DNA from: Fimbriimonadia bacterium
GTDB taxonomy: Bacteria > Armatimonadota > Fimbriimonadia > Fimbriimonadales > JABRVX01
Length of the DNA stretch: 46,241 nucleotides
Direction: 5' to 3'
Assembly (NCBI GenBank): GCA_041483895.1
Contig: JBGPGO010000024.1
Span: 1 to 46,241, forward strand
A model generated the notes under the pieces. The model was not told where the DNA came from, ran no database searches, and saw only the letters and a program-made list of their open reading frames with translations. This document shows, in pieces, positions 9,429-17,853 of this stretch. Positions within the stretch are counted from its first letter, which is position 1. Each line of letters starts with the position of its first letter. Position numbers and translations under genes: made by a program.

Positions 9429-10073
9429 TTACCTCTTTCGTCTGCGAAGGACGAAAGTACCCAGGCCGCCGAATAATCCAAACAGCATTCCCGGCTCAGG
9501 CACCGGCGTGAAGTTCAAAACGCCCTGCCCAGTGACAATCGGGCCGCCATTGAGAACTCCGGACACCGACCAGGCCTGGCCATTAATCACCATCCCACCG
9601 GATGCGTTCCACATGACGCCGTTCGGGGAAGTATAGACGATGTTCGTGCCCTGGCCAAGGCCGAGATCTATGTCGATTGCCGTGCCGAAGTCCGTCCAAG
9701 TCATCGGTCCCGATTGACCGACGAAACTTGTCAGGGGTACAGCTCCCGATTTCCAGACACTGATGCTGAATGGGGAGACGACGTAGTTGACTGTTGGAAG
9801 CACGTCAAACATATTGCTGACGTTCAGGTTCGGGCCCACTGCCACCCAATCGGTTTCGAAGGCAAAGGACTCGTTATATTGCGCAACGCTAAATGAAGGA
9901 GTAAGTTGCGTCAGATATGTCAGCGCGAATGCTGACGTTGTGCCGCTCAGGTCAATATAGATGGCTCCGTACGCTGCGGGGCCCCCGATCACGGGCACTT
10001 GATAGTCTTGGGCGCGGCTGGGGGTAAATGCAATTGAAAGCAAAGCACATGCGGTGAGGCAATGTAGCTTCAC
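9429..10073 (-). CDS. PEP-CTERM sorting domain protein
   Basis: Signal peptide; tail VPEPGMLFGLFGGLGTFVLRRRKR. Confidence 0.88.
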   Translation of the reverse strand: MKLHCLTACALLSIAFTPSRAQDYQVPVIGGPAAYGAIYIDLSGTTSAFALTYLTQLTPSFSVAQYNESFAFETDWVAVGPNLNVSNMFDVLPTVNYVVSPFSISVWKSGAVPLTSFVGQSGPMTWTDFGTAIDIDLGLGQGTNIVYTSPNGVMWNASGGMVINGQAWSVSGVLNGGPIVTGQGVLNFTPVPEPGMLFGLFGGLGTFVLRRRKR

Positions 10074-10400
10074 ATCCGCACCCCTTTCAATTAAATGTAA
10101 CAGCTACGAATTCTACCCGAGCTGCCGTCGGTCCTTCCGCGATTCGAAGATTATTTCTTTTTCGCGCGTAGAACAATTCAGCGCAGTCAAATTGCCTCAG
10201 TTCGACTAATCGTGCGGTTGAGGGGCAGGTATTTTTTCCATGCTCCTGGGGAAATTTGACGAAAAAATAGGCTGGACCGCTGGACAGATGGCCTCACTTC
10301 CCATACAATAGGATGCGTAGGGAGTGAAGACCGATGAGCGAGGGCTTTGTTATGTCAGGTGGATGGACCAATCCTTGTTTCGTGAAATGGAGTTCTTAGT

Positions 10401-11492
10401 ATGCGCATTCACATATCGCTGATTGCATCGATCATTATTGCCTCAAGCTACGGGCAGCTTGTCGGAAACCCTCGGCCACTTGGGGATTCAGTTGATATCC
10501 AAAGTGGAACGACAGTGTACGACAACCGCGCCGGCAATACCTTTACGGTCGGAGTCCGCCCGGCGCGTGTTTTGGACGATGTTGTCTTGTCATCAGGCTC
10601 GACGAATTTCGGATGTATCGAGGTGGGGTTCAATGTGGCGCTTGCGGATTCCGCTCTTCAGATGGAGGTCCAATTTTACGAGACCGTCAACTATGGTGTC
10701 GGAGCGGGAGTCATCAATACGGGCCCGCTTGGCGGCTTCACGGTCAATCTTGGTTCCGTGTCGGCGGGAGTATTCACCACCGGTCTTATCGATTTTACGA
10801 GCCTCATACCAGGCGGTATTACCGTTGCGGATGGGAATCTCGGCATCGATGTCATCTTCCGCAATGCAGCGAACGGCAATTTGAGCTTCACGACAACCGC
10901 CCTGTTCGCCGGTGGCGGACCGACGGTCGGCTCCAGCCTCGATCAATATGCCCGAGATGTCAACGGCAATGGTCAGTATGATGCCGGCGAGGGCCGCTTC
11001 TTCAACGGTCCTCCCAATTTGGCGAACGTCTACCTGCGCTTCGCCGCGGCCTCGGCGGTGGCTAGCCTTGCAGGCACAATCTACCTGGACGGATGGTCGG
11101 CAAGCCCGGCGGGTCAGGCCGCGACGTTGGAATTCCGCACGCCAAGCACGACCACCGTCGTCCACTCCTATCCGATTGCGCTTGACGGATCGAGTCAATA
11201 CTCGATTGCCAGTGTCGCGACCGGAACCTGGGATATCGCTGTGAAATTCCCGCACTGGTTGAGAAACAAGGTAACGGGAATGGCGATCAATACCGGACCG
11301 AACAACGTTAACTTGGACGTGACCAATGGTGATGCCGTCGACGACAATTCGGTGGACCTGGGCGATTTGAACGAGATTTTCACAAACTTTGCGATCGTGT
11401 TTGACAGCGCTGATCTTGATGGCAGCGGCACGGTGGATCTCCCCGATCTCAACGTCGTGTTCACCAACTTCGCGATGACCGGGGTTCCATAG
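10401..11492 (+). CDS. Secreted protein with C-terminal dockerin/EF-hand-like module
   Basis: Signal peptide; C-terminal NGDAVDDNSVDLGDLNEIFTNF...ADLDGSGTVDLPDLNVVFTNF duplicated Ca-binding-like motif. Confidence 0.8.
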   Translation: MRIHISLIASIIIASSYGQLVGNPRPLGDSVDIQSGTTVYDNRAGNTFTVGVRPARVLDDVVLSSGSTNFGCIEVGFNVALADSALQMEVQFYETVNYGVGAGVINTGPLGGFTVNLGSVSAGVFTTGLIDFTSLIPGGITVADGNLGIDVIFRNAANGNLSFTTTALFAGGGPTVGSSLDQYARDVNGNGQYDAGEGRFFNGPPNLANVYLRFAAASAVASLAGTIYLDGWSASPAGQAATLEFRTPSTTTVVHSYPIALDGSSQYSIASVATGTWDIAVKFPHWLRNKVTGMAINTGPNNVNLDVTNGDAVDDNSVDLGDLNEIFTNFAIVFDSADLDGSGTVDLPDLNVVFTNFAMTGVP

Positions 11493-11556
11493 GCGGGAAG
11501 CTGTAATCGCCGAACGTTACGGTTTTTGGGTATAAGCGGATATCGGGAGGTGATCG

Positions 11557-12396
11557 ATGATTTTTCTACTCGGGCTTGCAGCTCTGGCTGCCTGTGCCGG
11601 TGACACGAAGTCTTGTTGCAGCGCGACCGAAGAGTTCGCCGCGCTCGGGAACGATGCGAGCTTTGTCGCAATGCATGACCTGCGACAGGGGCCTGCTCCC
11701 GTCAGCGCTGGCAAAACAGTGACCGGAAAAACCGCGGACGGCGCGGAGTGGCAAGGATGGCTTGTCCTGCCTAAGGGCGGGTCAAAAGGCAGCGCCGTCG
11801 TGATGATCCACGAATTCTGGGGTCTGAATGTTTGGATTAAGGCGCAGGCGGATGAGCTGGCGAAGGAGGGTTACGCCGTCCTGGCAGTCGATCTGTATGA
11901 AGGCAAGGTGGCTACCACGCGAGATGATGCCGTGAAATACATGCAGGCGGTCCAGGAACCAAAGTCCGAGGCCACGCTTTTGGCAGCGGTGGAGTATCTG
12001 CGGACCAATCCTCAGATCAAGGCGGAACGGATTGGCACGATCGGTTGGTGTTTTGGGGGCGGCTGGTCGCTGCGGACGGCCCTCCTCGCCGGCGACAAGG
12101 TGCAGGCCTGTGTGATGTATTACGGTATGCCGGAGCGCGACACGGAGAAGCTGAAGGCTCTCAAGGCCCCCGTCCTCGGCATCTTTGGCGAAAAGGACGC
12201 CCGAATCAATCCCGACGTCGTACACGAGTTCCAAAAGTCGCTCGATTCCCTTGGAAAGCCGAACTCGATGCACATCTATCCGGCGGACCATGCCTTCGCC
12301 AACCCAAGCGCAAGCAGCTACAATAGCGAGGCAGCCAAGTCTGCTTGGAAGCTGACGCTCGAGTTTCTGAAGAAGCATCTGTCCAAGCAGAACTGA
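11557..12396 (+). CDS. Dienelactone hydrolase family protein (exported)
   Basis: HEFWGLN, GWCFGG nucleophile, GEKD and ADHAFANP motifs; GGAGG SD. Confidence 0.92.
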   Translation: MIFLLGLAALAACAGDTKSCCSATEEFAALGNDASFVAMHDLRQGPAPVSAGKTVTGKTADGAEWQGWLVLPKGGSKGSAVVMIHEFWGLNVWIKAQADELAKEGYAVLAVDLYEGKVATTRDDAVKYMQAVQEPKSEATLLAAVEYLRTNPQIKAERIGTIGWCFGGGWSLRTALLAGDKVQACVMYYGMPERDTEKLKALKAPVLGIFGEKDARINPDVVHEFQKSLDSLGKPNSMHIYPADHAFANPSASSYNSEAAKSAWKLTLEFLKKHLSKQN

Positions 12397-12438
12397 ACAA
12401 TCGGCTACAGGCTGCGTCTACCAAAGGTGAGGTGATTC

Positions 12439-13296
12439 ATGAGGGTCTTTTGTGTTAGTGCATTCGTCGTCTTCGCCCTGGTTGGCTTTGGCCAGACAAA
12501 GGTCTGGACCGCCGATCAGGCGCTCGATGCCGCGCAGGTCATATCGCGGCTCACCGAAGTGCAGTTGACATCGGCGCAATTGGAGAAGCTGCAGTCCAAG
12601 GCCAAGTTGGTCAAGAAGGCCAAGGCCGACAGCGAACAGAAGCGCCAGTCGATTCTCAGCCGCGAAAAGGATCGGCTGAACGACATTACCGATCATATCC
12701 TCACCGGTAAGAAGCTTACGGACGCGCAAGTGCAAAGAGTTGCGAACGTCCGCAACGAAATTCGGCAACTGGACGATGAGCTCGAGGGACAGATCAGCGC
12801 CATCATCGCCGATGCCGTCAGCATATTGACGGAGGAGCAGCAAAAGAAGATGAGCGAGGGAGGCGGCGCCAAGCAGGAGGCCATGAACTTCCTCAACCAG
12901 ATTCGGTCGGTTCCGGATGCGCAATGGAATCAGTTTTCCCGACGGGCGTTTGGCGAGCTGATCCGGGCCGACATGATGAACAGTATTGCGCAGCTTCGCT
13001 CGACGGGCGGTGGCAGTGGGGGCGGAAATCGCGGCGACCGGCAAAATCGAGACGAGATGCGCACCATGATGGACGCGGCCCGAAAGACCGCCGAAGACAA
13101 GCTGCAATACTATCGAACGATGCCGCAGTCCAATTACAACAACGCTGTGGATGAGATTATCGCATCCCGGCAGGGAACGCGTGGCCAAGATAGGCTCGGG
13201 GCCGAATTTATCCGGGATGTGATCACTCCGGATGCCGCTTCGGACGCGATCGCGGCGTATCAAAGTTCAAAGGTCGCGAATAAATCCGCCGGCTAA
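12439..13296 (+). CDS. Exported alpha-helical protein with LTxxQ motifs (Spy/CpxP-like)
   Basis: Signal peptide; QLTSAQ, KLTDAQ, ILTEEQ motifs; GAGG SD. Confidence 0.6.
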   Translation: MRVFCVSAFVVFALVGFGQTKVWTADQALDAAQVISRLTEVQLTSAQLEKLQSKAKLVKKAKADSEQKRQSILSREKDRLNDITDHILTGKKLTDAQVQRVANVRNEIRQLDDELEGQISAIIADAVSILTEEQQKKMSEGGGAKQEAMNFLNQIRSVPDAQWNQFSRRAFGELIRADMMNSIAQLRSTGGGSGGGNRGDRQNRDEMRTMMDAARKTAEDKLQYYRTMPQSNYNNAVDEIIASRQGTRGQDRLGAEFIRDVITPDAASDAIAAYQSSKVANKSAG

Positions 13297-13321
13297 CGGT
13301 ACGAATTCATCGGAAAGAGAG

Positions 13322-13344
13322 CGGCCCCGGCATTGCCGGGGCCG
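13322..13344. terminator. Hairpin terminator between convergent genes (after flagellin 2)
   Basis: cggccccggc-att-gccggggccg. Confidence 0.65.
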
Positions 13345-13370
13345 AACTGTTTACGGACTAAGCCTACGAA

Positions 13371-14825
13371 CTATCGTAGGAGCTGGAGAATAGACTGCGG
13401 CGCGGCATTCGCTTGTGCCAACACCGACAGGCCGGATTGCTGCAAGATCTGCAACTTCGTGAAGTTCGTGATCTCGCTGGCGACATCCAAGTCTCGAATC
13501 TGCGATTCGGTCGCGGTCAGGTTGTCCTTCGCAACATTGAGTGACCTGTAATTGGACTCAAGGGTGTTGCGCTCGAAGGAACCGATGTCGGATCGGATCT
13601 TCGACACCTGCGTGACTGCCGCGTCGATGACATCCAGCGCGTTCGTGGCGCCAGAAGCGGTCGTGATGTCAATCGAAGAGAAGCTCTGCCCGGCGATTGC
13701 CGTCGTTCCCAGGTTGGTGGAAGCCAGATTGGCCAACGCCAAGGAGGTCGAATTGCCCTTGTTCGCGCCGATCTGGAATGATGCGCTGCCCGCGGTTACC
13801 TGCGCCACAGCGGCATCGGACGATGTCAACGTCGCATTGCCGGCCTCGGTCAAGAGCAATGCGTTACCATAGCTGTCGGTCAACCGAAGACCGTTGTCGC
13901 CGGTATTGCGGCCGCCGGTGAATGCCACGGTCTGGGCGCCATTTGCGGTCACAACGGTGACGCTTACGGCGGCATCTTGCGCGGTCGCCGTTACCGATGA
14001 GGACGAGGCGATGACACCCGCGGAGTCGTACAGCGTGATCGAGTACTGGCTCCCGAACTTCACTTGATTGAGCTGAACGACGGACGAGCCGTTTGCCGTG
14101 ACCGCTTGAGCTGTCACGCCGGTGGTTGCGCTCGCCTGATTGATCTTGTTGACGACCTGCTGCAGCGATTCCGTGCCGTCGGTCGTGATCGTGGTACCGT
14201 TGAGGACGAGCGAAGCTGCGGAGACAATGCTCGTGGTCGCGCCGTAGTTGACGGTCAGAGTCGTTGATGCCTGCGTGGCCGCGGTGATGAGCGCGACGGA
14301 AACCACACCGCTGGAATTAATGGCGAATCCGCCGAACGTGCCGTTAAAGTTGATTCCGGCCAGCTTCGTGGGATCTGTCACGCTGGCGTTTACGCCGGCG
14401 GAACCGTCCAGAATCTTCTTGCCACCAAATTGGGTCTGCCCCGCGATTCGATTGATCGAATCGATGATGGATCGGATCTGATCCTGGTTGGCTTGCAAAG
14501 AAGTGTTGTCGAGGACGCCCTGGTTGCCCGAGGCTACCGCAAGTGTTCTTGCGTCTCGGAGGAGCGAGTTGACCTCATTAAGGGCAGCCTCCGCAGTCTT
14601 TGTGTAGCTCTGAGCATCCTGTACGTTACGAACCGCTTGATCGATGCTGCTAATCTGAGCGCGGAGGTTTTCTGAGATGATGAGTCCGGCAGGGTCGTCG
14701 GCGGCACTGTTGATGCGTAGACCGGTTGAGAGTCGGTTGACGCTCTTTGAGTATTCGATCCCGGTCTGAGTAAGGTTGTTAAGCGCGTTAATGGCGTTGA
14801 CATTTGTATTGATACGGAAACTCAC
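13371..14825 (-). CDS. fliC: Flagellin (paralog 2)
   Basis: MSFRINTNVNA...RLSTGLRINSAADDPAG; C-terminal ESQIRDLDVASEI...LAQANAAPQSILQLLR; AAGGAGG SD. Confidence 0.95.
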   Translation of the reverse strand: MSFRINTNVNAINALNNLTQTGIEYSKSVNRLSTGLRINSAADDPAGLIISENLRAQISSIDQAVRNVQDAQSYTKTAEAALNEVNSLLRDARTLAVASGNQGVLDNTSLQANQDQIRSIIDSINRIAGQTQFGGKKILDGSAGVNASVTDPTKLAGINFNGTFGGFAINSSGVVSVALITAATQASTTLTVNYGATTSIVSAASLVLNGTTITTDGTESLQQVVNKINQASATTGVTAQAVTANGSSVVQLNQVKFGSQYSITLYDSAGVIASSSSVTATAQDAAVSVTVVTANGAQTVAFTGGRNTGDNGLRLTDSYGNALLLTEAGNATLTSSDAAVAQVTAGSASFQIGANKGNSTSLALANLASTNLGTTAIAGQSFSSIDITTASGATNALDVIDAAVTQVSKIRSDIGSFERNTLESNYRSLNVAKDNLTATESQIRDLDVASEITNFTKLQILQQSGLSVLAQANAAPQSILQLLR

Positions 14826-15054
14826 GTGAATCCTCCTTGATACTGAACAGCTTCTAGTCCGTTAGGCTATGCCTCGTGGCGCGCCCGGCAGTGTGCCCTT
14901 GCGAGGTTTTCTTGCGGGCGCGCCCCGATGCCATTTGTGTCCGAAGACACTTCCCGTGATTGGCCCATTCCGCGTCTGTTCGGTTCGTAACCAGGTGGAG
15001 GTGCGGGGTTTCCGCCAAGAGCAAGGGGAATTGCCTGGGAATGAGGGACCGGCT

Positions 15055-17079
15055 CTATCTACGGGAACGGCGCGGACGGCCCGCGGGTGTGGGCATGCCA
15101 CCGCCCTCCATCAGACGGCGCAGTTCATGGATCTCGTCCCGGACCTGGGCGGCCTTTTCGAACTCCATCTGCTTGGCAAGGTCTTTCATTTCGCTTTCAA
15201 GTTTCACAATCTCAGCGGGTAATTGATCGAGGGTGAAGCTGGCGATCTCTTCCGCCCTGCGAGCTCCATACGGGGCCTTGTCTTCCTTCACTCCATACGC
15301 CCGGATGGTTTCACGAATCACTTTGGCAACCGACTGCGGGGTGATGCCGTGCTTCTTGTTATATTCATCCTGCACGCTGCGCCGCGCATAGGTCTCATCG
15401 ATGGCGCGCTGCATGGAACCGGTGATATTGTCGGCGTACATGATTACCGTGCCGTCCACGTTCCGCGCCGCGCGTCCGATTGTCTGCACGAGCGACGTTT
15501 CGCTGCGAAGAAAACCTTCCTTGTCGGCGTCAAGGATGGCGACAAGAGTGACCTCGGGCAGGTCCAATCCCTCGCGCAACAGGTTCACGCCGACAACCAC
15601 GTCATAAACTCCCAATCGCAGGTCGCGCAGAATTTCAGGGCGCTCCAAACTGTGTATGTCGGAATGAATGTAGTTGACTTTCACACCGGCGTCTTTCAAA
15701 TACTCCGTCAGGTCCTCTGCCATCCGTTTCGTCAATGTGGTGACGAGTGAACGTTGACCTTTTTTCACCCGCTCTTGAATCTCGTGCATCAGGTTGTCGA
15801 TCTGCCCATGAGTCGGCCGGATGTCTATCTCCGGGTCAATCAAGTGTGTTGGGCGAATCACCTGCCGAACGATCTGCGAGCTTTGGTCGCGCTCGAACTG
15901 ACTCGGCGTCGCGCTGACAAAAACGACCTGGCCGACGCGATCCAAGAATTCGTCAAACTTGAGCGGCCGGTTATCCAATGCGGAGGGCAGCCGGAAGCCA
16001 TAATCGACCAATGTGCTCTTGCGTTGGAAGTCGCCATTGTACATCGCTCGAATCTGCGGCATGGTCTGGTGAGACTCATCGACGAATGTGATGAAGTCGT
16101 CCGGGAAAAAGTCGAGCAGTGTATATGGTGGCGTGCCAGGGGCCCGATTGTCGAAGAATCGCGAATAGTTTTCGATTCCGCTGCAAAATCCGACCTCTTG
16201 AATCATTTCCACATCAAAGTCCGTGCGCTGCCGAATCCGCTGCGCTTCCAGCAGTTTGCCCTGGGAGACAAACAGCTCTTCCTGCCGAACCAGCTCTTCC
16301 TTTATCTGGACGATCACCTCTTCCAACCGATCCCACGGTGTCACGTAATGGGTGGCAGGAAAGATACTGATTCTGGACGGCTCATCTAGAACATGCTGCG
16401 TCAGCGGATCGATGATTCGAATTCGCTCGACCTCGTCCCCAAAGAACTCCACCCGCGTGATGATCTCTTCATCCTTCGGCTGTATCTCTAGCGTATCGCC
16501 CTGCACGCGAAACGTCCCACGGTCCAACACCATTTGGTTGCGGGCGAACTGCATCTCCACCAGCCGCCGCATGGTGTCCCCCAGATCGCAGGGCTGATTC
16601 ACTTCGAACGTGACCACGCTCTGGCGGTATTCGTCCGGCGATCCGAGACCATAGATGCAGCTGACGGATGCGATGACAATGACATCCCGTTGTTCCAACA
16701 CCGCCTGGGTTGCCGCGTGGCGCAGGCGGTCGATTTCGTCGTTGACGCTGGAATCCTTTTCGATATAAAGGTCGCTCTGCGGCACGTAGGCTTCCGGCTG
16801 ATAGTAGTCGTAGTAGCTGATAAAGTACTGGACGGGGTTCTCCGGAAAGAACGCGCGGAACTCTTGGCAGAGCTGGGCGGCCAGGGTCTTGTTGTGGGCG
16901 ATGATCAGCGCGGGACGCTGGACCTTGTTGATGATGGACGCCATCGTGTAGGTCTTGCCGGTCCCGGTGGCGCCGAGGAGCGTCTGGAACCGGTAGCCGG
17001 TATCGAGGCCGTCCACCAGGCCGGCGATCGCTTCCGGCTGATCCCCCGTGGGCGTAAACTGGGCAGTCAGCTTAAACAC
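15055..17079 (-). CDS. uvrB: Excinuclease ABC subunit B
   Basis: PTGDQP, GATGTGKT, YYDYYQPEAY, DESH, GFRLPSA, GRAARN motifs and a C-terminal UVR domain. Confidence 0.98.
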   Translation of the reverse strand: MFKLTAQFTPTGDQPEAIAGLVDGLDTGYRFQTLLGATGTGKTYTMASIINKVQRPALIIAHNKTLAAQLCQEFRAFFPENPVQYFISYYDYYQPEAYVPQSDLYIEKDSSVNDEIDRLRHAATQAVLEQRDVIVIASVSCIYGLGSPDEYRQSVVTFEVNQPCDLGDTMRRLVEMQFARNQMVLDRGTFRVQGDTLEIQPKDEEIITRVEFFGDEVERIRIIDPLTQHVLDEPSRISIFPATHYVTPWDRLEEVIVQIKEELVRQEELFVSQGKLLEAQRIRQRTDFDVEMIQEVGFCSGIENYSRFFDNRAPGTPPYTLLDFFPDDFITFVDESHQTMPQIRAMYNGDFQRKSTLVDYGFRLPSALDNRPLKFDEFLDRVGQVVFVSATPSQFERDQSSQIVRQVIRPTHLIDPEIDIRPTHGQIDNLMHEIQERVKKGQRSLVTTLTKRMAEDLTEYLKDAGVKVNYIHSDIHSLERPEILRDLRLGVYDVVVGVNLLREGLDLPEVTLVAILDADKEGFLRSETSLVQTIGRAARNVDGTVIMYADNITGSMQRAIDETYARRSVQDEYNKKHGITPQSVAKVIRETIRAYGVKEDKAPYGARRAEEIASFTLDQLPAEIVKLESEMKDLAKQMEFEKAAQVRDEIHELRRLMEGGGMPTPAGRPRRSRR

Positions 17080-17195
17080 GACAGGAGTCTACCTTCCCGA
17101 TCCGTGATTCGTTCCCAATTTCGCGGCAGAAAGCACTGATGCAGCGAAGCGCCCCATTACGGGCATCGTCAAAAATAATCGAGTAGACTGACGCA

Positions 17196-17666
17196 ATGAA
17201 GTGGATATTACTTGGCGTCTTAGCAGTATCGCTTCTTGCGGGCTGCAAGCATGGGACTACAGCGACGGGCGCGAACAGCTTGCCCGGCAAATGGTCGCGA
17301 ACGCTATCCGATGCTGACTTTTCTCTCAACGAACAGATCGATCTGAATGCCGACGGAACTGCCCGGCGGGTGTATCAATCGACCTCCAAAGGCAAGAAGA
17401 TCGACACCCTTCAGGTTGGCAAGTGGTCCGTCCATGGAGCGGGCGCGGATGCGGAACTGATGGTTGAATTCGACAGCATGACCATAAACGGCAAGCAGGT
17501 CGACCTGAATCGTTTCCGCCGGCGTGGGATGAACGACCTTTATGAGCTCCGCGGCGGCTATGAATTGAAGGGCGACACGTTGCACTGGAAGATCAAGGTG
17601 GGTGTTTCAAAAGTCTTGCCCAACGGCATCGTCGAACAGCCCGCTGATTTCACCCGCGTCAAATAG
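17196..17666 (+). CDS. Hypothetical lipoprotein (lipocalin-like beta-barrel possible)
   Basis: Lipobox LLAGC; LPGKW and GKW motifs. Confidence 0.7.
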   Translation: MKWILLGVLAVSLLAGCKHGTTATGANSLPGKWSRTLSDADFSLNEQIDLNADGTARRVYQSTSKGKKIDTLQVGKWSVHGAGADAELMVEFDSMTINGKQVDLNRFRRRGMNDLYELRGGYELKGDTLHWKIKVGVSKVLPNGIVEQPADFTRVK

Positions 17667-17727
17667 CCGGCGGGCTTTTGTTGACGCCGATGACCCCAAG
17701 TAGGGTATAAAGGCCGCGAACAATCGC

Positions 17728-17792
17728 CCCTTCACAGTGCGACTGTGAAGGGATACCAGTATTCCGCCCTTCATCGCGTGATCGTGAAGGGC
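17728..17792. repeat. Pair of REP-A palindromes (CCCTTCACAGTGCGACTGTGAAGGG)
   Basis: 17728-17752 and a degenerate copy at 17766-17792. Confidence 0.85.
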
Positions 17793-17853
17793 TTACAAAA
17801 AATGTTCTCGCGCAAGGAAGCGCGACGCTAGGCCAAGGGGGTCATTCATACCG

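Noticed and set aside
14830..14930. c-di-GMP riboswitch upstream of flagellin
   Set aside because: Lacks the GGCAAA..GAAA..GCAAA core of class I and the GTAGTGCAACC motif of class II.
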